A stretch of DNA of 26,160 bases, taken from a virus (Duplodnaviria; Caudoviricetes). A program made the position numbers and the translations under genes. The DNA is taken from IMG/VR virus record IMGVR_UViG_3300030392_000176, positions 1-26,160 of that record; one strand, given 5' to 3'. Numbering within the stretch: position 1 is the stretch's first letter; each line of letters opens with the position of its first letter. Positions 9,720 through 17,667 of this stretch are shown one piece after another. Under the pieces are notes generated by a model. That model was not told the origin of the DNA. It did no database searches and saw only the letters and a list, made by a program, of their open reading frames with translations.

Positions 9720-10145
9720 ATGGAATTAGTTACAACATTGCTTGGTGGATCAATAGTAGGTTTTGTTACTACTATCATTGGTCAGATTGTTAAATCAAAA
9801 GCAGAGCAACAGAAGTTAATGTTAGGCGCACTTAATGCCAGACATAAAGTTTTACAAGATGTAAGAAAACATGGCTTGAAAGATGTTCATTTTGCATGGA
9901 CACGAAGGATCATAGCACTAACTTGTGTAGCTTGTATTGTTGTTATTCCTTTCATTGCACCTTTCATGGGTATTCCTATTCTTGTTTCTCATATTAAAGA
10001 AGGTGGATTTTCTATTCCTTTTATCTGGGAATCTGCTGATAACATAGAATGGCAAGCTATTAATGGAGTAGCTCTTGCTCCTATGTATCTGCATACGCTT
10101 GCAGCTATAGTTAGTTTCTATTTTGGTTCTAGTGCTGCTAGATAA
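9720..10145 (+). CDS. Membrane protein, putative holin (3 TM)
   Basis: 141 aa with a GAGGA RBS. It has three hydrophobic segments, a WTRRIIAL motif and a C-terminal IVSFYFGS as in 3TM holin-like proteins. Confidence 0.55.
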   Translation: MELVTTLLGGSIVGFVTTIIGQIVKSKAEQQKLMLGALNARHKVLQDVRKHGLKDVHFAWTRRIIALTCVACIVVIPFIAPFMGIPILVSHIKEGGFSIPFIWESADNIEWQAINGVALAPMYLHTLAAIVSFYFGSSAAR

Positions 10146-10528
10146 TGTCCGTTGCAGTATTTGTTAAACTTTTTGAGACAGTCGGCATACCTGTACTCAC
10201 AGCGGCTGCTGCTGGCTATGCCCTGTGGTGGCTTCTGAAGTGGATTACAACAAGCTTTAAGACTAATCTTGAAGAACAGTATAAAGAAATTGATGAGGAA
10301 ATAAGGGATACCAGAACAACACTATCTAAAGACATGGCTCAACTTGAAACTGTGATCATAAGATTAATAGATAGGGTGAGAGTTCTGGAGATTAACTTTA
10401 TAGAACATGATGAGACTGTTAGAACTGCTTATGGTCTAACAAGAGCTAACAGAAAAAAGACAAGACATGATGTAGTGGAAGAGTTAAGGGAACAGATTAA
10501 AGATGCAGGAAAAACAAATGGAGAGTAG
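10145..10528 (+). CDS. N-terminal TM plus coiled-coil protein (BhlA-like holin or spanin-like)
   Basis: 127 aa. VGIPVLTAAAAGYALWWLLKW is followed by a charged coiled coil. TAATG coupling to the upstream gene. Confidence 0.5.
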   Translation: MSVAVFVKLFETVGIPVLTAAAAGYALWWLLKWITTSFKTNLEEQYKEIDEEIRDTRTTLSKDMAQLETVIIRLIDRVRVLEINFIEHDETVRTAYGLTRANRKKTRHDVVEELREQIKDAGKTNGE

Positions 10529-10772
10529 TTCTAAGATAACTAAGAGTAAGGTTTTTGCCAAGATCCTTTATAGAACTTACAGTCATCCAGATATATTACA
10601 GGAATTTAATTATGAAGGATACGATATTCCTCCTGAGTGTCCTTGCTTTGATCAGTTCATGACATACTGGAACAAAAATATTCCTTCGACCATCTTAGAG
10701 ATTAAAGGTTTCTGTAAAGAAATTCCTGTAGATAATTATGTTCACTTACCAGAAACATTCACGGTGAATTAG
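10518..10772 (+). CDS. Usg-like protein
   Basis: ILYRTYSHPDILQEFNYEGYDIPPECPCFDQFMTYW matches the Usg-family pattern ILYxxPxHPxxLQxFxWxxYDxAPxFPxLxxFLxFW. ATG 10518 has an AGGA RBS; 10503 is an alternative start. Confidence 0.7.
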   Translation: MESSSKITKSKVFAKILYRTYSHPDILQEFNYEGYDIPPECPCFDQFMTYWNKNIPSTILEIKGFCKEIPVDNYVHLPETFTVN

Positions 10773-13091
10773 ATGAGTATGCAAACACAAATGGATAAGC
10801 TTATTGGTTATGATAAGGGTGGTCCTGTTGCTGCTTTAGCAGCAGAATTAGGCTTAACTCCTGAACAAGTTGCTTTAAGTATAGACATATTAGCAAATGC
10901 AGACTTTAGTCCTGAAACAATTATGGACTACGCTGGAAGGATCCCCGGTAAAACTGCCGCAGGAAAACATTTATTACAAGTATTCGGTTTAAAAGACGTT
11001 GAAGCTAGAGCAATTTTAGCAGAAGCTGGACAAGAGGTGAGTAATAGGCAAGCATTAGGATTGGAAGCTATAGCTGATCAAGTAAATAATCCAGATAAAA
11101 ACTATGGTTTATGGTCTAATTCTGAAACTGGTCACTCATTTTTTCTAGGTAAAAAGGGATATACAGGTTCTGATCCTAGAAACGGAAATGTTTTTGATGT
11201 ATCAAGAGACCCTTTAAAGTCTGGATATACTAGGGCTGCTCCATTAGTTTTTGGAGATGCATCTTTAGCAGAACAACCTTCCTCTACAGAACCTTTATCA
11301 ACACAGAGAGCACAAGAACAACAAGCCTATGCGGATAGACTGGCAAGACAAGAAGCTCATCAATCAGAAATGGAAGGTTATCAGTCTCAACTAGCTCAAG
11401 ACAAATCAGAAGCACAAGCTAAAGCTCTAGCTGAAGCTGAAGCTCAATCAATGACTTCTTTAAGAGCTTCAGAGGCTCAACAAGAAGCTAAATCATATGC
11501 AGACTGGTCAGGAGATGCAGGTCTTGCAGGAACACCAGGACCACAAGCTACTCCTGCTACCACCCCAGCAGGAACAGTAGCTAGTCCTCATGGTGGTGGT
11601 CAACCAACAATAAGTATAACTCCATTAGGCGGCGGCTGGAAAAGTGCCAGTGGTGGGCTTGTACAGAATATGTATGATGGTGGTGTGGTTCGTATGGCAG
11701 AGGGTGGTGAGGCTAAAGGAATAAGACATTTATTGAGAGATCAGACGGAAAACTATATTGCAGGTATTACTTCAGATTCTAAAACACTGACAACTTCTGA
11801 TGACCCTGTTTGGTTAAGTCCTCAACAATTAAAAGATATTCCAGGTTATATGGGTGAAGAAGAACGGAGAGGAGATCCAAACGAACCAAAGTATCAAGAA
11901 TTACGAAAGAGTATTGAAGAGTTAGGATATCAAGATTATGAAGGAAATCCTTTAACTACTGATCCTATCCATATTAGCGTTGATGCGAAAGGTCAACCGT
12001 ATATAATGGAAGGAAATAATAGATTAGTAGAAGCTATACAGTCTGGTAGAGATTCAATTCCTGTTGAATTAACATATCTAGGTGGGTCAGAACATATAGA
12101 AGGAGCCTACAATCCTGATAAACTTATAGAAGGTCCACGTGTTTTGAGAGGAGACGAAAGAGGAGGAATAAGATTAGAGCCAGAACAGTGGAAAGATATT
12201 CTAAGTAAGATTAGTTGGTTAGGTAAAAAAGTTTTAGGAAAATCTTTTAGCCCTCTTGGTTTTTTAATGGATGCAAGTCCTGCTGGAGAAGGAAGTACTG
12301 TGTATGGAAATATAGAACAGGAAATAGATCCTTCTGCTCAGGAAGGAATGAAAAAAACAGCAAGACGTTGGGAGAAACCAAAAGTCTATAGTAATGTCTT
12401 ATATAAAGGAATAAAAGGTAAGTCTATTCTAAATTTTGGTTCAGGTCCACAAGAAATAATAGATGCAAGTATACCATTAAAAGAAATTATGAGGACAAAT
12501 TCAGTAACTAATTATGATTTTAAAGTAAACCCAGATGCACTAAAGAATGTATATGATCTTGTCATGGCAAGTAATGTTTTAAATGTACAACCAAATATAG
12601 ATACACTAAATATAACTATAAATCAAATTACTAATTCTATAAGAGAAGGAGGTCAAGTTATATTTAATCTTCCTTCTTCACCACGAAAAGGTGCGTATGA
12701 TAATTTAACTACATCACAAGCAAAAGATATGCTCACACAAAAATTTGAAGATCAAGGTGTAAGGGGAACTTGGAAAAACGAAATATTTACTGGATCTAAA
12801 AGTGAAAGACCTCCTCCTCCAAGAATAAGCGGAACACCAACTCGTGCCGAACGAATTGAAATGCAAGGTGGACCTTTATCTAGAAGACTGAAGGAAGAAC
12901 AAATTGTACGTCTTCTTGAAGGGCATGGTTTTAATTGGGAATACAATGAGGCAGGAGGTATAACCGCAATTGAATCAGATAATAGTAAAAAACATTTTCG
13001 TGAAAATACTTCTTTAAGAACTATTAGGGATTGGTTAGGATATTATAAAGGTGGTCAGGTAAGACCTATGTACGATGGTGGTCTAGTCTGA
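10773..13091 (+). CDS. Modular (polyvalent) protein with ParB/Srx-like and class I SAM methyltransferase-like domains and xxxGGxV motifs
   Basis: 772 aa. ParB-like segment: LRKSIEELGY...PIHI...IMEGNNRLVEAIQSG...IPV. MTase-like segment: ILNFGSG, TNYD, YDLVMASNVLNV, IREGG. Six GG motifs lie at the N-terminus, middle and C-terminus. Confidence 0.7.
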   Translation: MSMQTQMDKLIGYDKGGPVAALAAELGLTPEQVALSIDILANADFSPETIMDYAGRIPGKTAAGKHLLQVFGLKDVEARAILAEAGQEVSNRQALGLEAIADQVNNPDKNYGLWSNSETGHSFFLGKKGYTGSDPRNGNVFDVSRDPLKSGYTRAAPLVFGDASLAEQPSSTEPLSTQRAQEQQAYADRLARQEAHQSEMEGYQSQLAQDKSEAQAKALAEAEAQSMTSLRASEAQQEAKSYADWSGDAGLAGTPGPQATPATTPAGTVASPHGGGQPTISITPLGGGWKSASGGLVQNMYDGGVVRMAEGGEAKGIRHLLRDQTENYIAGITSDSKTLTTSDDPVWLSPQQLKDIPGYMGEEERRGDPNEPKYQELRKSIEELGYQDYEGNPLTTDPIHISVDAKGQPYIMEGNNRLVEAIQSGRDSIPVELTYLGGSEHIEGAYNPDKLIEGPRVLRGDERGGIRLEPEQWKDILSKISWLGKKVLGKSFSPLGFLMDASPAGEGSTVYGNIEQEIDPSAQEGMKKTARRWEKPKVYSNVLYKGIKGKSILNFGSGPQEIIDASIPLKEIMRTNSVTNYDFKVNPDALKNVYDLVMASNVLNVQPNIDTLNITINQITNSIREGGQVIFNLPSSPRKGAYDNLTTSQAKDMLTQKFEDQGVRGTWKNEIFTGSKSERPPPPRISGTPTRAERIEMQGGPLSRRLKEEQIVRLLEGHGFNWEYNEAGGITAIESDNSKKHFRENTSLRTIRDWLGYYKGGQVRPMYDGGLV

Positions 13092-13104
13092 TCTTAGTAA
13101 AGGA
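13084..13104. repeat. 21-bp direct repeat, left copy (TAGTCTGATCTTAGTAAAGGA)
   Basis: Identical to 13538-13558, with mismatches immediately on both sides. Confidence 0.95.
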
Positions 13105-13119
13105 TGAGGAGTAAGCAGA

Positions 13120-13233
13120 ATGAAGAAACCCTTATATATTAAAGTAGCGATCATCATATCACTTGTGGTTATCGTAGTGGTTGGAATTATCTTGATGACA
13201 AATGACATGAGATGCGTCCCTCCCTGTGTCTAG
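13120..13233 (+). CDS. 37-aa single-TM peptide (not in ORF track)
   Basis: MKKPLYIKVAIIISLVVIVVVGIILMTNDMRCVPPCV*. It has a GAGGAG RBS at 13106-13111 and abuts the next ATG. Confidence 0.7.
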   Translation: MKKPLYIKVAIIISLVVIVVVGIILMTNDMRCVPPCV

Positions 13234-13536
13234 ATGAAGGACGATCTAACCGCCCACGAAAAGGCCACGATGACATGGCGATGGACGGCTCTGTCAATAT
13301 ATTTGTTGATATGCTTCTACGATTTTATGTTTGTGCCTATATGGTACGGTCTTAATAGACCAGATATAAGCCTGTTCATGGAGATCATTAATAGCACTGA
13401 AGAGCCGATGGTGCAGATGGAACTCATGAAAAAATTGACAGGACAACACAGTCCATTCACCCTTCAAGGGGGCGGACTGTTTCATCTTGCATTTGGTGCG
13501 ATACTCACCGGATCTGCGCTGGCTTCTAAAAAGTAA
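13234..13536 (+). CDS. Membrane protein, GTA-type 3TM holin-like
   Basis: 100 aa. The WRW...IYLLICFYDFMFVP and PFTLQGGGLFHLAFGAIL motifs match a phage holin-like family as I recall it. Confidence 0.6.
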   Translation: MKDDLTAHEKATMTWRWTALSIYLLICFYDFMFVPIWYGLNRPDISLFMEIINSTEEPMVQMELMKKLTGQHSPFTLQGGGLFHLAFGAILTGSALASKK

Positions 13537-13800
13537 TTAGTCTGATCTTAGTAAAGGAGGTAGTGTCTTTAAGTCAGCTTCTAGCTTTTCTACTTTATCT
13601 AAGGTATACACTAAAAACTTATGAATTACATCTCTATTCTCATAATTAGGATATGACTTATCAATTATATTTAGCCAGTCGTTAGGATGTAGGAACGACT
13701 TTTGAAGTTCTAAATGACCATCTACATTTAAAACAATTCCAAACTTAACTAAGGTAGCTTCTGATCGTAGGCTACCTTTTTTTATTTTAGTTTTCTTCAC
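13537..13800 (-). CDS. Hypothetical protein (last gene of the replication arm)
   Basis: 87 aa. The GTG start overlaps the upstream TGA (GTGA). Confidence 0.6.
   Translation of the reverse strand: MKKTKIKKGSLRSEATLVKFGIVLNVDGHLELQKSFLHPNDWLNIIDKSYPNYENRDVIHKFLVYTLDKVEKLEADLKTLPPLLRSD
13538..13558. repeat. 21-bp direct repeat, right copy
   Basis: Identical to 13084-13104. Confidence 0.95.
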
Positions 13801-14021
13801 CCACCATCATCCTCAAGTCTGTTCAATTCAGGTACATTAAGTAGACTCTGTGCATTTTGAACTTGACTACCATATTCTTCTAACTCTTTTATTCTTACAT
13901 TTAAATACTCCAACACATTCTTACGTTGGACACGGTGATAACTACCTAAATTCTCATTCAGATATTCTAGTTCCATCTCCAGTCCTTCTCGATGTTTTTG
14001 TATCTCTGCTCTATCAACCAT
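13797..14021 (-). CDS. Hypothetical protein
   Basis: 74-aa helical protein with a GGAG RBS. Confidence 0.6.
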   Translation of the reverse strand: MVDRAEIQKHREGLEMELEYLNENLGSYHRVQRKNVLEYLNVRIKELEEYGSQVQNAQSLLNVPELNRLEDDGG

Positions 14022-14136
14022 TCTTCTCTCCTATTAGTTCCTTGATTCTAATGTATGCCTTCTGAAGCTGTTGCTGCAAAAGGTATACATTCTCTCTTAG
14101 AATATCAACCTCGTTATCACTCTTCTCTGGCTGCAT
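14014..14136 (-). CDS. 40-aa coiled-coil peptide (not in ORF track)
   Basis: MQPEKSDNEVDILRENVYLLQQQLQKAYIRIKELIGEKNG*. It fills the gap and overlaps both neighbours. LQxAYxRIKEL is a recurrent marine-phage small-protein motif. Confidence 0.6.
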   Translation of the reverse strand: MQPEKSDNEVDILRENVYLLQQQLQKAYIRIKELIGEKNG

Positions 14137-14461
14137 CTTTTTGCATTGAATCTATTTGAATGTAGGGCTTGTCACCAATCAAATCTTTAACAGCTTGATT
14201 ACCATATTTACCAAGTCTATAAAATACAACCTTTGGTAGACTAGCTCTCATAACACACTTGAGCGCACTATCAAGTGATCCAAAAGCATACACTCTACCA
14301 CTTGAAGATACCCAATAGCCCTCTTCAGTATACATACCACTCTCTAACTGACATGTCTTAGGCCACTCTACAACACCCATACTTGCTAGTGCTGGCCTCA
14401 TAGCAATACTTCCTACCGCAAGCAGAGCTACACACGCTGTTAGAATTACATATTTCTTCAT
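14117..14461 (-). CDS. Hypothetical exported protein
   Basis: 114 aa with an AAGGAG RBS. MKK plus a hydrophobic stretch and ALA-S suggests a signal peptide. Confidence 0.6.
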   Translation of the reverse strand: MKKYVILTACVALLAVGSIAMRPALASMGVVEWPKTCQLESGMYTEEGYWVSSSGRVYAFGSLDSALKCVMRASLPKVVFYRLGKYGNQAVKDLIGDKPYIQIDSMQKDAAREE

Positions 14462-14474
14462 AATAATATTCTCC

Positions 14475-16397
14475 TTAATTAATTATATCTACTACTTCGC
14501 ATACATCGCCTGTACAATTTAATGTCTGACTACCTAAAGTTGTATCTCCTTTTTCATAGTCAGCTAAATTTTCCCAGTTAATTTCTTTAGGCATTTCATT
14601 TAATAATTTAATGTACTCTTCTTCAGTTATATCCTGATAGGGAGCTTGCTTATAACTGTGTTCAGTCAGAGGCAAGAAACTTATACCAGACATAACATCA
14701 AAGTTATCATAAACAAAGTTAGCAACTCTTAACCACTCATGTTCCTTAACACTTACTGTTATAGAAGGCTTATGTTCGCACCAATATTCTGCGTATATCT
14801 TCCATAATTCTAAATGCTCTATGGCTGTCATAGTATGGCGTGTAATAGCACTCTTTGGAGAGTGCATAGGGAATGAGAATACAGCCATAGAATTAGGTTT
14901 ATCTATTGAGTCTTCACAAGGAAAGCCAGATTCAACCATGAACTGTGTTAGTGGATCTTTCTTATCAGCCCGTACTGTTCTAATATAATATTCATTATGT
15001 CTTGGATGAATACCACTCGCTGCATTAACAAGCTGACTCACTGTACCTGAAGGCTTCACACAAGTAATTGCTGTTGAAGCTTCAATATCTAGCTTATCTG
15101 CCCAATGTCGATTAACTGCAACTGCATGGAGTCTAAGATTAGACAACAGAGCAGGAAGACTTTCCTTTGTTGTATTAGACAGTAAAGCATTATCAAGTAT
15201 ACCAGTTAAGGATACACCAAGCAACCTTTCTTCTTCTGTATTCTTTGTCCACTGTCTTCCAATACCTTTGAAGTTAGTAAAGGTAGACTGTATAGTACCA
15301 AGGATCGTTGCCATCTCTACCTTTTCTTGTAGAGTTTCAGGAGTATCAGTAGCTCTTACAACAACTTCTGATAGATTACAGAACTGTTTAGGTCTAAGAA
15401 TAATTTCACAACAAGGATTAGTACCATAGTCGATAGAGGGGTCACGCCTTTCATACTTAGCAGCTTGTGCTTGTGCTGCCTTACGATTAAAGATACCTCT
15501 TTCTCCTGACTTACTTTCATAGAGAGCAGTCCACTCTCTCATAAAGGTTCCTATATCAGGAAGATGTTCAGTATAACATACACTATTGTTTGATAGTGCT
15601 CTCTGAGGCTCCAAGTCCCACCAGTTACCACTCTTGCAGTGTCTCATTCGATCATCACTAAGATTGCTTAATGAGATAAGGGCAGATCTACGAACACCAC
15701 CTACTACAACTACATCTGCAATCTTGCACATCAGATCGTGACATTCAAGACTATTCAGTTTTCTACCTAGCGACTTCTTAAAGGTATCAACTGTAAATCT
15801 AAATAGTTCATCCAATGGTTCAGGTCCACTCGAACGACCACCAAAAGTTTTTAGTCTAGCTCCTGCTGGGCGTAGTCTAGATAGATCCCACTTAGGAACC
15901 CTACCTGCATAGAGGATATTGATAAGTTCTTTGTACCCTCTATGCCATCCTTCCTTACTATCCTGTACAATGATAGTTGTTTCACTATCCTCAAACTCTT
16001 CAGGAACTTTAGGAAGATCATTAATATATTGACGTTCTACAGAGAAGCCTACTCCTGTACCGTGCATGAGGATATATAGACATTCATCAAACGACCTTGG
16101 ACTATCAACAGGAAGATAAGAACAGTTATATGCAGCAATATGGTTCTTCTCTAGTGCAGGTCCAGCAGTCATTAGTGCTCTCATGGAAGGCATGACATCC
16201 ATATTAAGTATGGAATTAGTAAGCCTCTTATTAATATCTTCTGATATTACAACATTATAATTGTCTTTAATATATTTTGTGTAGAAAGAGATTAAACGAT
16301 TGACAGTCTCATGCCATGTCTCTCTTCGCTGTGTTTCTTCTTGCCATCTAGAATACCTAGATTGATGAATGAAATGTTGATAGTCAGTTAATATCAT
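14475..16397 (-). CDS. nrdJ: Class II (adenosylcobalamin-dependent) ribonucleotide reductase
   Basis: 640 aa. Motifs PSMR, AYNCS, GTGVGFS, VGGVRRSA, TNPCCEI (NPCxE), CNLSEV, TCVKPSGTVS and a C-terminal CxxxxC pair. No nrdB-like subunit in the window. Confidence 0.92.
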   Translation of the reverse strand: MILTDYQHFIHQSRYSRWQEETQRRETWHETVNRLISFYTKYIKDNYNVVISEDINKRLTNSILNMDVMPSMRALMTAGPALEKNHIAAYNCSYLPVDSPRSFDECLYILMHGTGVGFSVERQYINDLPKVPEEFEDSETTIIVQDSKEGWHRGYKELINILYAGRVPKWDLSRLRPAGARLKTFGGRSSGPEPLDELFRFTVDTFKKSLGRKLNSLECHDLMCKIADVVVVGGVRRSALISLSNLSDDRMRHCKSGNWWDLEPQRALSNNSVCYTEHLPDIGTFMREWTALYESKSGERGIFNRKAAQAQAAKYERRDPSIDYGTNPCCEIILRPKQFCNLSEVVVRATDTPETLQEKVEMATILGTIQSTFTNFKGIGRQWTKNTEEERLLGVSLTGILDNALLSNTTKESLPALLSNLRLHAVAVNRHWADKLDIEASTAITCVKPSGTVSQLVNAASGIHPRHNEYYIRTVRADKKDPLTQFMVESGFPCEDSIDKPNSMAVFSFPMHSPKSAITRHTMTAIEHLELWKIYAEYWCEHKPSITVSVKEHEWLRVANFVYDNFDVMSGISFLPLTEHSYKQAPYQDITEEEYIKLLNEMPKEINWENLADYEKGDTTLGSQTLNCTGDVCEVVDIIN

Positions 16398-16582
16398 TCA
16401 CCTGTACCTCCTTCATCTTCATTCTTCATTAAATTAAGTTCTGTTTGTTTTTTATTTTCATCTTCATTCATTCTAACTTCTTGCATTATCTTGGATATTA
16501 AAGGATTGGCTTCCTTAAAAGGTCTCTCTGAAATATAATTTAGTATCTCATTTACAAGATCTGCTGTCAAGAATATCTTCAT
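16394..16582 (-). CDS. Hypothetical protein
   Basis: 62 aa with ILNYISERPFKEANPLI. ATGA overlap with nrdJ. Confidence 0.65.
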   Translation of the reverse strand: MKIFLTADLVNEILNYISERPFKEANPLISKIMQEVRMNEDENKKQTELNLMKNEDEGGTGE

Positions 16583-17284
16583 TTATATCTCCTCTTGTTT
16601 AATTTCTTTTCTTTGTGCTGTTATATTAGCCGATAGAGAGCGTCTTTCTCCTTCTCCTGAGAAAGGGAATACCATATGTTGTAACCAAGAAGGAAAAATA
16701 TACATCTCTCCTACTCTTGGTTTGATAAGAGTAGAAGAAGGTGGCTTTAATCTTTCATAATCTAATTGACTATCTATACCATAATTAAAAACAAGATGTC
16801 CATCCTGAACTCCCGATGAATCAAATAAATGAGAAGTCGCATCAGTATCTAAAATTTGTTTAGGAACTTTCAAATATAGGATACATGACAACCCCATAAT
16901 AGAAGGAACACCATGATCATGTAGAGGATTATAGTCTCCTTCATACGCATGAACAGACCACATTTCATATACTCGTATCTGTCTGTCACTTAAAGCTGTT
17001 TGATTATGACGTTGAAAGAAAGCTTCGATATATTGTTTAGCACACATACAAAGGACAGAAGAAAGTTCTTTTATATCTTCATGTGTATGGTCAACTGTTA
17101 GTTGTTCTCCATTTTTAATTTGTCCTACAAGAGTACCAGCCTGTGACTTTCTTTTATCTTCTTTCAGTAAATTATCAAGGTACTTATTAATATCTTCCAC
17201 CATATCTGAAGGAACCTGCGTCTTCATAAACCATACGGCAGGAAGAGGGACTATTGCGCCTTTCATTGTTCTTTCCAAAACCAC
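16583..17284 (-). CDS. 2OG-Fe(II) oxygenase (TIGR02466 / 2OG-FeII_Oxy_5-like)
   Basis: W...GDYNPLHDH (HxH), LSCILYLKVP, IFPSWLQHMV and ERRSLSAN. Confidence 0.85.
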   Translation of the reverse strand: MVLERTMKGAIVPLPAVWFMKTQVPSDMVEDINKYLDNLLKEDKRKSQAGTLVGQIKNGEQLTVDHTHEDIKELSSVLCMCAKQYIEAFFQRHNQTALSDRQIRVYEMWSVHAYEGDYNPLHDHGVPSIMGLSCILYLKVPKQILDTDATSHLFDSSGVQDGHLVFNYGIDSQLDYERLKPPSSTLIKPRVGEMYIFPSWLQHMVFPFSGEGERRSLSANITAQRKEIKQEEI

Positions 17285-17667
17285 TACACCAAATCCTGTA
17301 GATTAGGCTCTTCGTATAACTCTGATTTTAAGATCTTTCCATCCTTTCTATATATAGGATCACCGTTCTTATCTAACTTTGACATATTAGATTGATGGAC
17401 TTTATTAAAAGCTACATCAAAGTCCCATCCATATGTATCAGCAAAACCAATACAAACATAAACTAGATCACACAATTCTTTTAAAATATCTTCCTTATTT
17501 TTATTTTCATTGATAGCCAATGTAAGTTCTTCATATTCTTCTCTTATTAATCGTATTCTTAAACTTTTCTTATGATCAAAACCAACTAATAAGTATGGCT
17601 CATCTATTGGATGTCGAAAAGAAGTATGAAATTTTCGTAACTTATTCTGCAAAGTTTCATATCTCAT
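17284..17667 (-). CDS. MazG-like all-alpha NTP pyrophosphohydrolase (DR2231/PRA-PH-like)
   Basis: LIREEYEEL, KELCDLVYV, VHQSNMSKL and DGKILK. Confidence 0.88.
   Translation of the reverse strand: MRYETLQNKLRKFHTSFRHPIDEPYLLVGFDHKKSLRIRLIREEYEELTLAINENKNKEDILKELCDLVYVCIGFADTYGWDFDVAFNKVHQSNMSKLDKNGDPIYRKDGKILKSELYEEPNLQDLV

Larger units (their letters stand above)
13084..13558 (+). mobile_element. Direct-repeat-flanked two-gene insertion (moron-like cassette)
   Basis: 433 bp of unique sequence lies between perfect 21-bp repeats. It looks more GC-rich than the flanks by eye and encodes no recombinase. Confidence 0.6.

Noticed and set aside
106-12946. Antisense and alternate-frame ORFs in the + arm (e.g. 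106-291, 576-770, 1453-1779, 1503-1703, 1577-1834, 2222-2554, 3190-3384, 3454-3891, 5137-5322, 8604-8883, 12752-12946)
   Set aside because: They lie largely or wholly within longer, better-supported genes, have no RBS or motif support, and read as codon-bias shadows.
13084-13558. 21-bp repeats as attL/attR of an integrative element, IS ends or CRISPR repeats
   Set aside because: There are only two copies, 454 bp apart, with no integrase, transposase, terminal inverted repeats or tRNA similarity.
14432-14461. LTAC as a lipoprotein lipobox
   Set aside because: Cys10 is too early and the hydrophobic stretch continues past it, so a signal peptidase I site is more plausible.
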